Origin: Psammoneis japonica
Lineage: Eukaryota
DNA: 64,000 nucleotides
Assembly: GCA_008632985.1 (NCBI GenBank)
Contig: QPGO01000272.1
Coordinates: forward strand, 1 to 64,000
Direction: 5' to 3'
Both the position numbers and the translations under genes were made by a program. Positions 24,446 through 37,213 of this stretch are shown here, one piece after another. The stretch's first letter is position 1. Every line of letters starts with the position of its first letter. A model generated the notes under the pieces. The model was not told the DNA's origin and made no database searches. It saw only the letters and a program-made list of their open reading frames with translations.

Positions 24446-26349
24446 CGCCGCAACTGTAGTAACCCTCACTTCTCACTTGCTCTCTGGTATTGTATGAAAA
24501 TGACAGCAGCTAGTTGTCGTGCCGGTTGTGGCTGCCGCGGCGAGATTCAAGATTTTGCTGAAAGCGGAGTAACGATAGGAGTCTGCCCGTTGGCAAGGCA
24601 TGTCTCAAGCGCCACGTAGAGTTTGTATTGGGAACTACGTGAGTGTTCTGCAAAATGCAAACGGCTTTTTATGAACGTATGCATTACTTCTATTGTTCAT
24701 TTTTGAAATTAGACACAAAATAATCATATACCACGTTGAATACAATAAATAAGTTTGAATCGTGCGTGCGTCATCATACGATTTTGGCGCGCTCACAAAT
24801 TCATTTTACTGTAACACAGAATCGCAGATGCCCCGCCACCGCCTCGGCTTGGCTACAACCCCGATGACATGACACAGTGCACAGCTGCCGATTGGCCACA
24901 ACAATTCATGTGGTGCGCCGCTCAGGTGGCAGCTGGAAAACAGGGAACAAATGTCTGCAGCTCCAGCTCCATCCAATTTGTTCCCCAACACTGTGCAAAC
25001 AGACCACCTGCTGGCTGCAGATGCATCGGAGGCACAAGAGGAGCCAGCCAGAAACAAGAAAATGGAATTGAAGCTGCAACTCATGAGCTGAAGTCAGGCG
25101 ATGAGCAGAGAGCATGCATCTCAAGTGGGGGAGCATGCTGCAAATGCCAAAAACTGCAATGGTTGGCAGTGTCAGAAAAACAATCAACCAGAAAGCTGGC
25201 TGCCATCATCCAAATTGAACACAATGAAATGGCAGATGAAACACACAGAATGGCAAACATGCAACAAAATTGAAATTTTGAAAAGCAACAAAAACCAGCA
25301 GAGGAGGTGGGGCATGGCCGCAGAGCGGGGTCAAGAGCTCTGCATTGGCGATCCTCCAAAAGAGTGGAGTTCCTGAGGTGGGCCAAGAAGAAGGCCGTTG
25401 ACTTCCATCACAAGAGCCATCAGATGGACTGTGCACTGAAGCTCCAACACATGAAGGGAATGAGCGGGCCAATGTGAGAGTGCCTTCTCATCCCTGACAG
25501 GATGAAGGTGGGCTGACAAACTGTTGAGGTGACTTCACACATGTCGTCCTCTGTCTCCTTGGAGGTGACAAGCTGAACATCTCCACCTGCTGGTCCACAG
25601 ATGGAAAGCGGGGTGGTGGTTTCATCCCCACACCACAAACACAAATGAGCCGCTTGATGTTGCAATGCGCGGGCTTGATCAAGTCAAGACCACCACACTG
25701 GAGGTTCAAAGTGAAGAGTTTCTCCTCTCCACTGTCTCTGTTCTTCTGTGTGAGCCAGCACAACCACATCTTCTCATGGAAGAGACAGGAGCCAACAAAA
25801 TTTTGGCACCAGCAAGGCATTGGCAGTTTGGCCAGTCTTGATTTAGATGCCATCAAGACACCATGCACAAGCACCACCCTTGGAATCAGCAGCCAGACAA
25901 GCCAGGTGATTTTTTTTGTGCTAAAAAATCAGTTTGACACAGCAAAACTTTGTTTGCACACAAAATGTGTTGCCAGTTGTTCTCTTTTCTGACGATTTTT
26001 TGCTCCATTGGGATGTGTGTCACAAACTTCCTTGGCAGACTCAATGCTGATTGTGCGTCAGTCCACCCCTCACTGAGATTTCTTTGCAGGCAGAAAACCT
26101 GCCAAGCAGCATCGTGGAAAGACACACTCAGGTGACACCCAAGTGACGGCAACAATTTTGTCAAATGTCATCTGTTGTGTTGTGATTCATTCATCGCAAT
26201 GAAAAACATGGACAGCACAATGACAACAACATTGCAGCACTCACACGAGTCTTGTCAGTGTTGCAAAACATTCAAATTTGAACAAATCTGCGCTTTTGGT
26301 GGTGAAAAACCGTTCGTGAGTCAGAGACCACGCAAAAATTGTGCAATTC

Positions 26350-26685
26350 ATGCACAAGCTCCGCAGTGCAAGAATTCATTTGATGGATGTGTTTGTCTTC
26401 AACATCAAACAAACAGCCAAGTTTGTGGTGCAATTGTGCCTCATGCCTCTCAACGTTTTTGCAAGTGCGCCTGCCCCACGCAATTCTCAGGACATTGTAG
26501 AATTGTGCTGCAACAAAAAATGTCAAAAGTTGTTGGACGGATTGCTCAACAAGTGTGCCACAAAATGATGCAAAATGTTGCAAAAATCACGCAGAAATCT
26601 GCGTGCGCAACACACGACGCAATTCAAAAAACTGTCGATGTCACAGCTCAGCAGTGCGAGGTCCCACCTGGACCTGGAACGCATC
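26350..26685 (+). mobile_element. Terminal fragment of an element related to the 36-37 kb MITE, abutting the LRR pseudogene
   Basis: GAGGTCCCACCTGGACCTGGAACGCATC resembles the MITE end GAGCTCCCACCTGGGGCTGGAACGCGTC; left end not found. Confidence 0.5.
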
Positions 26686-27570
26686 GGGCCCTGAAGGTGC
26701 AAAGTTGTTCTTTGCAGCATTGGGCGCAGCACACACAAGCTGAGCATGTCCACTTTGGTGACAACCCAACCACAAATGAAGAAGCAGAGTGCATTGGAAA
26801 TGTGCTGCTGCAGAACACCATGGTCAAATGTCTCCATTTGCAATGTTGCTCCACCCAAGATGAGGGAGCCAAATTTTTGGCACAGAAGCTTGAAAACAAC
26901 ACATCCATTGAAAGAATTTATCTGCAGGCAAATGGTGCTGGGGTGAAGGTGCAAAAAAGCAATTGGGGAGATGTTTGCACAAAACAACAAACTTGCCAAC
27001 ATTTGGCTCTTGTCCAAAACTCTTTTGACAAAGTTGTTGAGGCCACTCTGGCAAAAGGCACAAAGCAGAATCTGGCTGTTCACACCCTTGCTTCTTGTGG
27101 AAAAATGTGGATCATGAGCTGACAGCTGAAATCAAAGAGTGCCAAAATGTTTTGCCAGTGGTGCGTGATTGGTTGGTGCCCAGTGGCATTTGGGCAGATG
27201 TGTTGGGGCAAGCTTGTGACAACCAAAACCCAATGTTCCACATTGTCAAAGAGAAATTGGAACTTTTCAAAGGTTGACATCAGCCCCTTTGGTGGAAACA
27301 GAATTGCTTTGTTTCTTTTTTCCAGCTCACATCCCATCCCATCCCCATGAGTTCTGAAACAGACTCTGGGCTGTGCTTTCAAGACTTTTCTGTGATGTCA
27401 GAATCAAATTTGTGCACGCACCCTGCCCACACAGCTTGGTTGCTCCCATCAATTCCTGGCTCTGCCATGTGAAGTGAAGTTGGTGTGCTCATGCATGAGA
27501 ACAACAGAACACTGAAAGATTGAGGGGACAGCTTGTTGAATGCTGGCTGCATGTCCAGTCTAAAATGACT
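26686..27570 (+). pseudogene. Degenerate duplicate of the 3' half and 3' flank of the LRR gene
   Basis: Colinear with 16872-17700 (GIWADVLGQACDNQNPMFHIVKEKLELFK); many TA->CA/TG and CG->TG/CA changes. Confidence 0.9.
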
Positions 27571-29449
27571 GTGCACATGCTGCCACCTGGAATGAGCAAC
27601 AAAGTGGTTTGCAGGTTTTTGGAGGATTGAGGTTGCTGCTCAGTTTTGTTGCTGGTGGTGAGACACAAATTGCTGCTTTGATTGTGCCAAAGGCAACAAT
27701 CTCCCACATGGTTTTGTTGGTCAGGGCCATTGCAGCATCTCCCATGTCTTGACACAAGGGTGAGGACTTGGAAGAAATGCATGTCAAATGTGCAAGAAAG
27801 CTGCAAAACAGTGGCAATGTTTTGCTTTGTGATGGAGCTGTTGTTGAATTGTGACAACTCTGTGGGAGTTGAGCTGTCAAAGAGTGGCCGGCTTGGACAA
27901 ATGTGAGCGCTTGCATTGAGGTTGTGGCAAAAAGGAACAGGTCAGAACTGACAGAATGGAAAGAGGAACACCTGACAAAGCGAGGAGTTGAAAATGTGCC
28001 TGGAGCAGTTGGAGCACTGTGGAATCCACAGGCAACATGCTCTCCAGTCAGCAGTGCCCAGCTTCGATGCCCTCTCATGCTCTCGGTTTTGCAAGCCCTG
28101 AAAGTTGCCAGGAAGCCAAATCTCTGCTCAAACTGTCACTTTCCATTGGATGGCTTCAGCATGCCGCCAGCAAACTTCTTGTCATCATCTGGCTGCAATT
28201 CCCACTCCTTTTGTCCCTTGTCTGCTTTGCAGCAGGGGTGCTCCAAGATGAGTCCGTTGCTGGCTGCTGGCTGCACAGAGAAACAATCCTCTGCATTGAA
28301 ATGCAGCCAGCTCATCCTGCTCCTTGTCTTCAGCCAAAAACTCACCCTGTGCTCATGAAAAATGATGTTCCAGCTGACGAAAGTGCCCAGCCAGTCTTTG
28401 GTTTTAACTCCGCCAAAGGCAAGGCCGTGTGTCGCTGGTCTTGAGTGACGATGAGCAAGAGCCAAGCTTTCTCCCCACACCATCACGTTCGCCATCATGT
28501 CTGCCATTTTGTTCAAAACACAGTCAATGAGTTTTCACTTGGTTGCTTTGTTGTTGTTTGGATCTGTGTCAACACACAGTCAGAGGAGCACCCCGGCTGG
28601 CTCTTTTGCCCCCCCCCCCTCCTGTGCCATTGACAACGGCGCGGCTGTGTGTGTCTCGTCTTTTTGACATTGCGCTTCAGAGGTTGAGCTGCTGGGTTCT
28701 CTGTGTGGCTGGCTTTGTCTGCACTGTCAACAGCAAACCTTGCAACAGAGCCAGGCCCAGCAGCGTGGGAGAGAGGAGCTGCCGGACGAGAGGGTGCCGC
28801 ATCGCTTGTTGTGAGGAGAGAAAAGGCTGAGCTGGCTTGAAGAACCCTTTTTAGATGACACTTTGGAAAAGTCAAGTGCAAATCCATCTTGAAAAGCAAA
28901 GCTGCATTCTTTCATTGCAAAGAAGCTGCCACGTGTGCCGGGATTGATGCTTTTCAGAGCATGTGGCCCTCTCCCTGCTGAGCTCCTCTCCACAGCAGCG
29001 CTCAAAAAAGCTGACTTTGTTGGCAAGGCAAAAGCTCTTGGACATGAAAGCGCAAAAAAAAGCACATTATCCTGTGAAAAGAAACCATCTGAGCAAAGCA
29101 AAAGAGCATGGACCATGGTGCGTTGATTTCGCTGGTTCGTCACGGTCGCGATTCGCGTCGTGCGTCGCACTCGGCCCTTCGGGGGTGTGCGCAAGCGCGC
29201 TCGAAAACGGTCGACGCATCGACTCACGATGGACGGACAGCGCGTGCGTGCGCGCCGACGGGACCAAAAATGAAAAATCCGCAATCCGCAAGCATGCGAA
29301 CACAGAGAGCACGGCAATGGCGGCCATGAATCAATCTGCATGGACCGTCATGTCTGTCATGCAAGTGCATGGAGAGCGAACGCAACGCCAAGCAACCAAC
29401 CAAAAGAGGTGGAAGTTAATCTAAAACTGAATGACTATCTCTCGACACC

Positions 29450-30886
29450 ATGGCGCGAGTAACGAACAAGACGAGGAGAAGTTGAGATTGGGCCATGCAT
29501 GCATGTTGCCAAACGTTCCGGAAACTTACCTGAAAAAAAACACCTTGTTTGTAGGGAAAGTGCCGTGTTTGTAGTTGGTGAACCTATCCGGTAACCTAAC
29601 CGGCCGATGGTGTGGTGGATGCCATTCTGCGGAAGGCGCAAGTTGGGGAGTGGGGAGCACAATGTCACGTGTCAGGATGTGAAACGAGAAGAGGAAGAGC
29701 ACTTACATCAGAAGTGGAAAAGAGCAAGAAGCAAGAACCATTTCCAGGCATTTCTTTTGCTCTAGCACTTTGCTTGTTGAATCCGAGAAACGCGAGAGTC
29801 ACAAGAGCAGCACCAAAAGGCAACTAGAAACAAGAATCGGACGACTACATGGTGGTACTCGAGAAACGCTATCAGGACACGGCTCGAAAGATTGAAGCGT
29901 GGCAAGAATTGGAAACCAAAGAGTGCGCTGCTGCCGCCGCTGAAGTTTTAGACGCTTCTACTCCAATCGATATTGAGGGAATCAAGCATCTTTCATCCAA
30001 GAATTTTTTGGTGTGGAAGAAGACACACGGTCGATGGAGGTGTTTATGAAGCTGCATCGCGGCGAGGCTTTGAAAAGGTTTTAGAAGAGCCCAACGACCG
30101 AGATACAGGGACTTGGTGTTCAGGAAGCATACAATGAAATGATTAGGAATGTCTATCTCAAAAAGCACGCCAAGGATATCGTCAATTACGTCAACGGAAA
30201 GTACAGCAAGACCCAAATCGATTCAAACGGGATGGAACTCCCATTACTAGAGAGTGATTCTCGCCGGATACTCTCTTGGTGGAGGGTTAGCTCAAGTTGC
30301 ACACCTTTGTACAAGAGCTCCGCCGGATCATCGTGGATCCTTTTGGACTAAACTTGTCGGAGCGTTGAAGGACGTCGATATCATAGCCATTACAATCTCT
30401 GCGCTCGTGACGACAGTCTTGGACAAGCCTTCCGAGGATACTTTAAGCTTTTTACATGACTCGATTGAACCTTATTTTCGCAACGTTGTGTTTAGTGCTG
30501 ACTTTGTACCAAGAGGATACTCGGATGTTGAGTTTATTGATGACTTTTTGAATGCCTTCCTGGACGATGCAACCAAGGCGTCGTCTGACGTTGCCGATCA
30601 GTTTGCCAGGTCCTTCGTCAATTTGCATTTGAGTTTGTTTAAAATGAGAGGAATGATGGAACAAGCCAAGATCTATCGACGTGTCGTTAAGCTCATTTAT
30701 TACGACAAACCGGTCTCTGTGCCGGTCTTGTATGTGGATAGTTCAAAAGAAGCGGATGAGAAGACGCGGTTTCGAAGCATAAGATATGGACCCAAAACCA
30801 AAGTGGCAGATATCGCGTTGGAAAATCACATTATGTTGGTTTCTGGACCAGGACTTGTAGCCAGTCCGGCTACGTCTGCGAAATAG
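29450..30886 (+). pseudogene. Class 3 lipase-like gene, copy 2 (internal deletion, frameshifts)
   Basis: ILAGYSLGGGLAQVAHL, NVVFSADFVPRGY, ENHIMLV; nearly identical to 55370-56000. Confidence 0.78.
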
Positions 30887-31456
30887 ATCAATGATAATGT
30901 TGCATCCGCTAGTAGTTAGTAGAGGGAGGTTGATACGAGTAAGAATGATAAAGGGTATTCATTTTACGTCTACCAGTCCCTTGGACAATACAATCAACAA
31001 GAGTTTATGCCAGGACTACGACTCATATAGGAACCGAATAAGACTTCGTGCCATTTAGCTCAGGGCCATACAAAAAACGAGATCACGACGTACAAATGGC
31101 ATCGATTTGCGCAGGAGAGTAATGAGTGACGACGTCTCGAGGAGGAAGCGGGACGACGGCAATGGCACGCCCAATGCCACTCCCGCCATCGATAATGCTA
31201 GCTCAGTTTCTGTGATCGGCTTATCCTTTCGGAGTGTTAAATCCATGCTATTGATAGTGTGCAGATTGGTAGACAGCGTAAGAAAATAGACTCATTTCGT
31301 TTTCAATTCAAAGATACAGAATGTTGACTTTAGTTGCTATTTCTCAAAATCAAGTAGTACTCTCGAACGCCAACATATCAAATACGAGTACGATTATTTT
31401 GCCACATCACGAAGACCAACACAGAGGCAACGCAGAGTCGAAAATGCAATTTTCGC

Positions 31457-34120
31457 TCACTTGGGAGTGTGCAAGGCGCAGAAGAGGTCCCCTTCACATT
31501 TGGGTCTGAATTTATTTTTGCAGCGACGATGCCCGTCCTTGATGTTCGCCGAGCATTGGATCGTCGCCGAGCCAGCTTGGGCATCTCGAGAACCTGCAGT
31601 GCCAGCAGCGTCGCCATCGCCACTCGGCTTCGCATCACCCTCAGAGGCACCATCATCTTCTCTATCGACGCTCACACATACCTCGTCGACGGGTCCACTA
31701 TCGACGTTCGTATTCTTGAGCAAAGCAATCACAGCAAAGACAAAAGCATTTGATTAGGGGGTGTAGTGTTTGAGAATGAGAAAAATATGAAAAGAAAACC
31801 ACATACCACATTGACGGGCGTGCTAGAATTCGAACTCGAACGGAGCTTCGGATCTACATCAAACGTAGGCTGCATTGCAGCGACAAGGCGACTGTCATTT
31901 CCAGCCACCGCTGCTGCTCCATAGACAACATCAGCAAGACTGTCTGCCTTTGGCTTGTTTTCGGAAGACTGCTGTTGCTCCTTGAGCTCACCGGAGATCT
32001 GGTGCTCCTTGCAGCAATGGGCGTGATTCTCATTTTGACCGAGTAGCTTTTCCTCAAGGGCGCAAAGGTGGTGGATTTGCGCTTTGCAACCCGTTGCGTG
32101 GCATTCGTGAGGGACATGGCCTGGACGATTATGCTTGCATTTGTCACGCAAGCAACAAAAAGGAGGGAGGGTCTTATCCTCCGTTGGTGGTGCGTCTTCG
32201 TCCTCGTCGTCCTCATCACTTGAAAGCTCAATGGGCGCGTCTTTGTAGACGCCTTTCTTCAATTCCACATCAATGACGAATCCGTCTTCCATGTCTAAGC
32301 TTCTTGGTGTTTCGGTTGGTTCGATTTCGCGTCCGTCATACTTGAAGATGAACTTGTCCACCTTAACATCAATTCGCCCTTTATTGTACCGGTGAAAAAC
32401 GCCTTGAAATTTGTCATCGGGATGAACCGCGATAGGGGTTTCCATCTCCTTCTCCTGAAAGACCAACGTAATCTCGTCGTATTCCAGCTTCGTCCGAGCG
32501 GCCGGTTCTTCGCGGACGCTGCTCCGATGGGGCACCGAGGGCTCCTCCTTGCGCCTGCCAAAACCACATGAGAAACAAGCAAGTCACAAAAATTAATGAC
32601 AGTAATCGCAAAATGACAAAAAGAAACAATCTCGGAAACTTACTGTGGAGAAGATACATCATTTTGGTACCGTGAAGTATCTTCACAGGGGTACGATGGT
32701 TGTAGCGACTGGCACTAGCAGGCGGCTTCTTGGTAGTCGCCTGTTTGTGCACCTCGCTTAGCTGCACGCCTTGGCGTTCCTGTTCCGCCAAGATTCGTTC
32801 GCCTTGGCGTCCCTGTTCTGCCAAGACTCGACCCTGTTCCGCCAAGATTCGTTCGCCTTGGCGACCCTGTTCCGCCACGATTCGTTTGCCTTGGAGTTCC
32901 TGTCCCTCCAAGATTCGTTCCACCCAACTAGGAGTGCGGTCACCACCGTCGGTGCTGGATGGAGCGGCGGTGCTACCGTCAGTACTGGATGGAGCGGCGG
33001 TGCTACCGTCAGTGCTGGATGGAGCGGCGTTGCGACCGTCAGTACTGGTTGGAGCGGCGTTGCCGTTGTAGGTGTCGCCGACGTTCATCTTTTCGGCTTG
33101 ATATTGATTAAAAGTGATGTTGACATTTCCTGTTTGGCTAACCCTGGCCATGGCAGACTCAAATACATTGTTTGAAGTGGCGCCCGTCAACACGGTAGGA
33201 GCACCAGTGCGTTGTACAGTCGCCGACTCGGAAGATGATACCGTCTGCGGGGAGTTTAATTGAGAAACGGGACACAAAATGAATAAGCCAGCAAACAAGT
33301 GGATAGAATGCCACAGAGCATCATACGGCGTGCATGCTAAAGTACGATATAACAATGTGTACTCACCGGCAACTCTTCATTGTCGGTACCAGGAAGCACA
33401 CGAGGTTCTTGTACCCGTGCCGGTACGTCCGTCCGCTGTGTAGCAGTTGCCGCGGGACGACGCTACAGATGAGGAACAAGTTGCAAGGAACGAAAACAAG
33501 GCGTTAGATAAAACAACAAGTTAGAAAAGCATAGAAACACACAGTGTCATGTCATTTGAACAAATTCACATGCGCGTGTGCTTGCTTCCTTCTCCCTGTC
33601 CTTGATGATGTTGACCTGTCTTTTCACTTCCTTCTTGCACTCACCGTTCAACCACTTTTCTGCAACTTGAGCTTGGATGTTGGCAACGTGAGTTTCAATG
33701 TGTGAGCCGAACTCTCTTTCACAATTGTTTTTTAATCCCGCGACATTGCCTTGATCGTCGCGAGGCATCCATTCCGCGGGGTCTTTCATGATGGCCTTCA
33801 TCAAGTCTTCGCAATCCCCGTCCTCGATGGATGAACACCTTCTCCATTTTAACACTGCCTTTTGTTGCTTTCTTTGCAACCACACGCTCATCACCATTCT
33901 CGTCCGTGTGAATAAAAGTGTGCCTCATGATCAGAGGCACAGCGATCGATGCTCGGAGTTCCGCACGCTTGTGTGCCGGCAATTTGAAAGCCCGCCTCAA
34001 CTGCTTTGCGTCGAGGCCAGTGTGAGCTGGATCACACCAGTTTTCCACGAGTGATGAGTCCTTTGCGAGCTTCTCGAGGTCCTCACATGAAAAGGAAGAG
34101 ACAAGTCCTCGTTTGACCAT
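31457..34120 (-). pseudogene. Multi-exon gene, copy 2: coiled-coil repeats, SUMO/ubiquitin-like domain, two Cys/His fingers; putative first exon TpA-mutated
   Basis: EITLVFQ...FIFKYDGREIEPTETPRSLDMEDGFVIDV (SUMO-like); CCLRDKCKH...CKAQIHHLCA; CSANIKDGHRRCKN...FCALH; 30-bp repeats encoding AAPSSTDGST. Introns inferred near 33464-33545 and 33244-33365. Confidence 0.65.
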
Positions 34121-34499
34121 GGTGGCAAGAAGAGTTCTTCACTTGCTTGGATGCTTTGTGAACAATGAGCACTCTGTTGTTGTGTCGTTTGCGGCTGTGC
34201 GGCCGCGGGATTTTGCTGGGCAAGTGCGCGGAGTGTGCAAGTCTTCTGCGTGAGAGACCAACGTGCGCACACGCTCGGAAACCAGCAACAGTTGTTTTTG
34301 AGGTTCCAAATGACTGCATGCTTCATTTTGGGTGACAAAGAGTGAATCATTTGTGGCAATGAACATGAGGAATGCATTTGAATCACATGCGCACGTCACC
34401 AAATTGTGTGTGCCGGCACAAAAACATTGCGGTTCAAACTCCATTCTTGTTTGCAGCTGGCTCTAGCCTGGCTGGAGCAGAGGCCCTCTCTAGAGTCAA

Positions 34500-35950
34500 G
34501 CCAGTGGAGAGAGCTCAAGGCTGCTGTGCTTGTTCTCCAGAAAACAATGTCTGGATGCACAGTTTTGCACTCTAGCGCGGTGGTGACCAAGGCACAGTCT
34601 CAGACAACCACTTCTCCAGACACTTCGATGCAATCCTCTTCTCTCTTTTGGCTGGCTCTCCAGCTCCTCATCACAGCCACAACAGCACAGCAGTTCATTT
34701 GTCCTGGCAATGATCAACAGCCCGGCACCAACCCAGGGAGATGTGCGCAGCCAGCCCTGAAGCGGTGCAGTCTCAGAAAAAGAAAGGTTGTGAAAGCCAC
34801 ATTTTCCTGCAGCATGACAACAATGAACAGGATGCCCTGATGCAGTCGCAGTGCTGCCCAACTTGACAGCTGCCTCCTGATCCAAGCAGCCCTTGAGAAT
34901 TGTCTCCTCCTTGATGTCACAGCCATTGTTGTTTCCATGCCTCCTTTTGTCCCAAGCCCTGCCCCTGATGACATGTGCTCCAACCAATGCATTTGGCATC
35001 ACGGGATCCACGGGAACACTTCCACAGAGCTCTTCATCCTTTTTGAACCCTTGAGAAACCCAGATCCAATGCAAGCCTATCTTGGAGTCCAGAGTCTCCT
35101 GACAGCTCTGAAATTAAGAGATTGGTTCAAGAGCACATCCTGTTTTTGGAGCATCAAGGGTTGGGGGAAGGACAAAAGGGAAATCTTTGCAAAAGGTTTG
35201 GCTGCATGGAGACTCGTTTTGCTTGATGCATCATCCCACTTGGTGGCTTCAATGACCTGTTCTACATTTTTGCAGCAAATGCTGGAAGATGTGGCACCCA
35301 AGTGACCAGCCTGCAGATCTTCTGGTCTCATGTCAATCAGCGCCTCATTCCCCAACTTAACAAGATGAGCCGTGCCCTGAGGACATCCAGAGAAGACAGA
35401 GTGGACAATGCATTGTCAGCATCATTGCCAGCCTTGAAGAAACCTTACAAGATCAGCAAAGATTTCCTGAGGTCAACTTGATTGAGTTGCTTCATGACAC
35501 TTTCACAAGCTGTCTTGACAGCAACAAGCTCCGCATGCAAGCGTGACATGTCTTGGTCAGCACTTTGCACAGAAAAAGCAGGGCCATCCAAGTCATCACT
35601 GTTTGCAACACCGTTCTGCAGAGGGTCTCGAGCAAGAGACAAGAGTGAGAGATCCCAGCTCCATTGATTTGGCCAAGATGCCTGAGACCCACCAAGGTCA
35701 TGGGCAAGAGCAGCAGTGTCAGCAGCAAAAAGCAGCTCTGCTGTGTGTTGGAGCAGCAAGCAGCCAGAGCAACAACAACAAAAAGAAAGGATGAAAAGAG
35801 CAGAAGTTTGCAGGCATGCAGCATCTGAGGTGGCCAGAAATGTCTCCAGCATGTGCCAGCGCAAGACAAGCAGCGGCAAAAGCAGGGTGAGAAAACAAAG
35901 GCTTGCTTTGATGAGGATGGCATGGGGGCAAAGTCAAGAAGCAGCACAGA
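34500..35950 (-). pseudogene. Degenerate coding region with a possible MIB/HERC2-like segment (~34770-35010)
   Basis: LVGAHVIRGRAWDKRRHGNNNG...AAGKCGFHNL resembles VGxRVxRGxDW...GxxGxYDL after restoring Tyr/Arg. Confidence 0.3.
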
Positions 35951-36061
35951 GAGAAGCAAGCCAACTTGGTGGAGTCTTGGCACCAGGTGGTGGCTCAAGA
36001 GTGCACGTCATTGTGCAAAGCTGCTGCTTGTGAGGCGCCAACCAAGAGCAGCAGCAGTGGT

Positions 36062-36458
36062 GACGCGCTCCAGACGCAGGTGGGAATCCGTGTGACATTG
36101 GGCCCGCAGAATTCTGCGTGCGAGCTCCGCAGCAAAATTGTGCAGCAATTAGAGTGTCAATGTTCGCCAACAGAAAATGAGGCAATTTTGCGAACGCACA
36201 AACTCGCACATGATTGAAGTGCATCATTTTTTACTTGGCCAGTTGCATTCTTCAGACATTGAAGAATGCAACTGGCGCACTGCTGTTTCCACAAATTCGT
36301 CATGTAAAACGTCTGGGGCTTCGCAAAACAGCGAGTCTGGACAATTTTTTTTTAAATGTTACACGTAGAAATGTGCGTGCAAAACATGCGACGGATGATA
36401 AAAATTGTTTGTGTCACACGTCAGTGCTGCGAGCTCCCACCTGGGGCTGGAACGCGTC
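36062..36458 (+). mobile_element. ~397-bp MITE, TpA-mutated copy
   Basis: TIRs GACGCG(C/T)TCCAG...CTGGAACGCGTC; 4-bp TSD TGGT (36058-36061, 36459-36462). Confidence 0.88.
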
Positions 36459-36817
36459 TGGTGCTGGCCAGCTCCCAGGAGCTGCCAGAGCTCAGCCGGT
36501 CTCTTGCATTGCCAACTCAGAACACTTTGTGGCACAGCTGAAAAGCAAAATGCTTTGATCATTGTGTGTGGCATGTCAGCAGGAAGGAAGTGGGTGAGAC
36601 AAGCTTGAAGTGCTGGGCGAGACAAGCTTGCTCTCTTCCACTGCAAAAAGAAGAAACAACAACAGAGAGACAGGAAGCAAGCAACAGCTGACAACAGCAA
36701 TTCTTTCTGCTTGGAATGCCATCACATTTTCTGTGTTCACTGTCATGGTTGCTTGCGTTAGACTGGCGACATTTGTGCCACAAGATCCATCTTCTCCATG
36801 CGCACTGCCGCATGACG

Positions 36818-37213
36818 GACGCGTTCCAGCCCCAGGTGGGAGCTCGTAGTACTGACGTGTGACAACAATAATTTTTATCATCCGTCGTATGTTTCGTACG
36901 TAGATTTCTACGTGTGATATTTAAAAAAAATTGTCCAGACTCGCTGTTTTGCGAAGCCCCAGACGTTTTATATAACAAGTTTATAGAAACAATAATGCGC
37001 CAGTTACATTCTTCAATGTCTGAAGAATGTAACTGGCTAAGTAAAAAATGATGTACTTCAATCATGTGCGAGTTTGTGCGTTCGCAAAATTGCCTCATTT
37101 TCTGTTGGCGATCATTGACATTTTAATTACCGTATAATTTTACTACGGAGCTCGCACGTAGAAGTCTACGGGCCCAATGTCACACGGATTCCCACCTACG
37201 TCTGGAACGCGTC
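36818..37213 (-). mobile_element. Same MITE family, opposite orientation, largely unmutated copy
   Basis: Reverse complement of 36062-36458; TIRs GACGCGTTCCAG...CTGGAACGCGTC; 4-bp TSD GACG (36814-36817, 37214-37217). Confidence 0.9.

Noticed and set aside
36062..37213. One 1.15-kb foldback element with ~400-bp TIRs
   Set aside because: Each arm has its own TIRs and its own distinct 4-bp TSD, so these are two separate insertions
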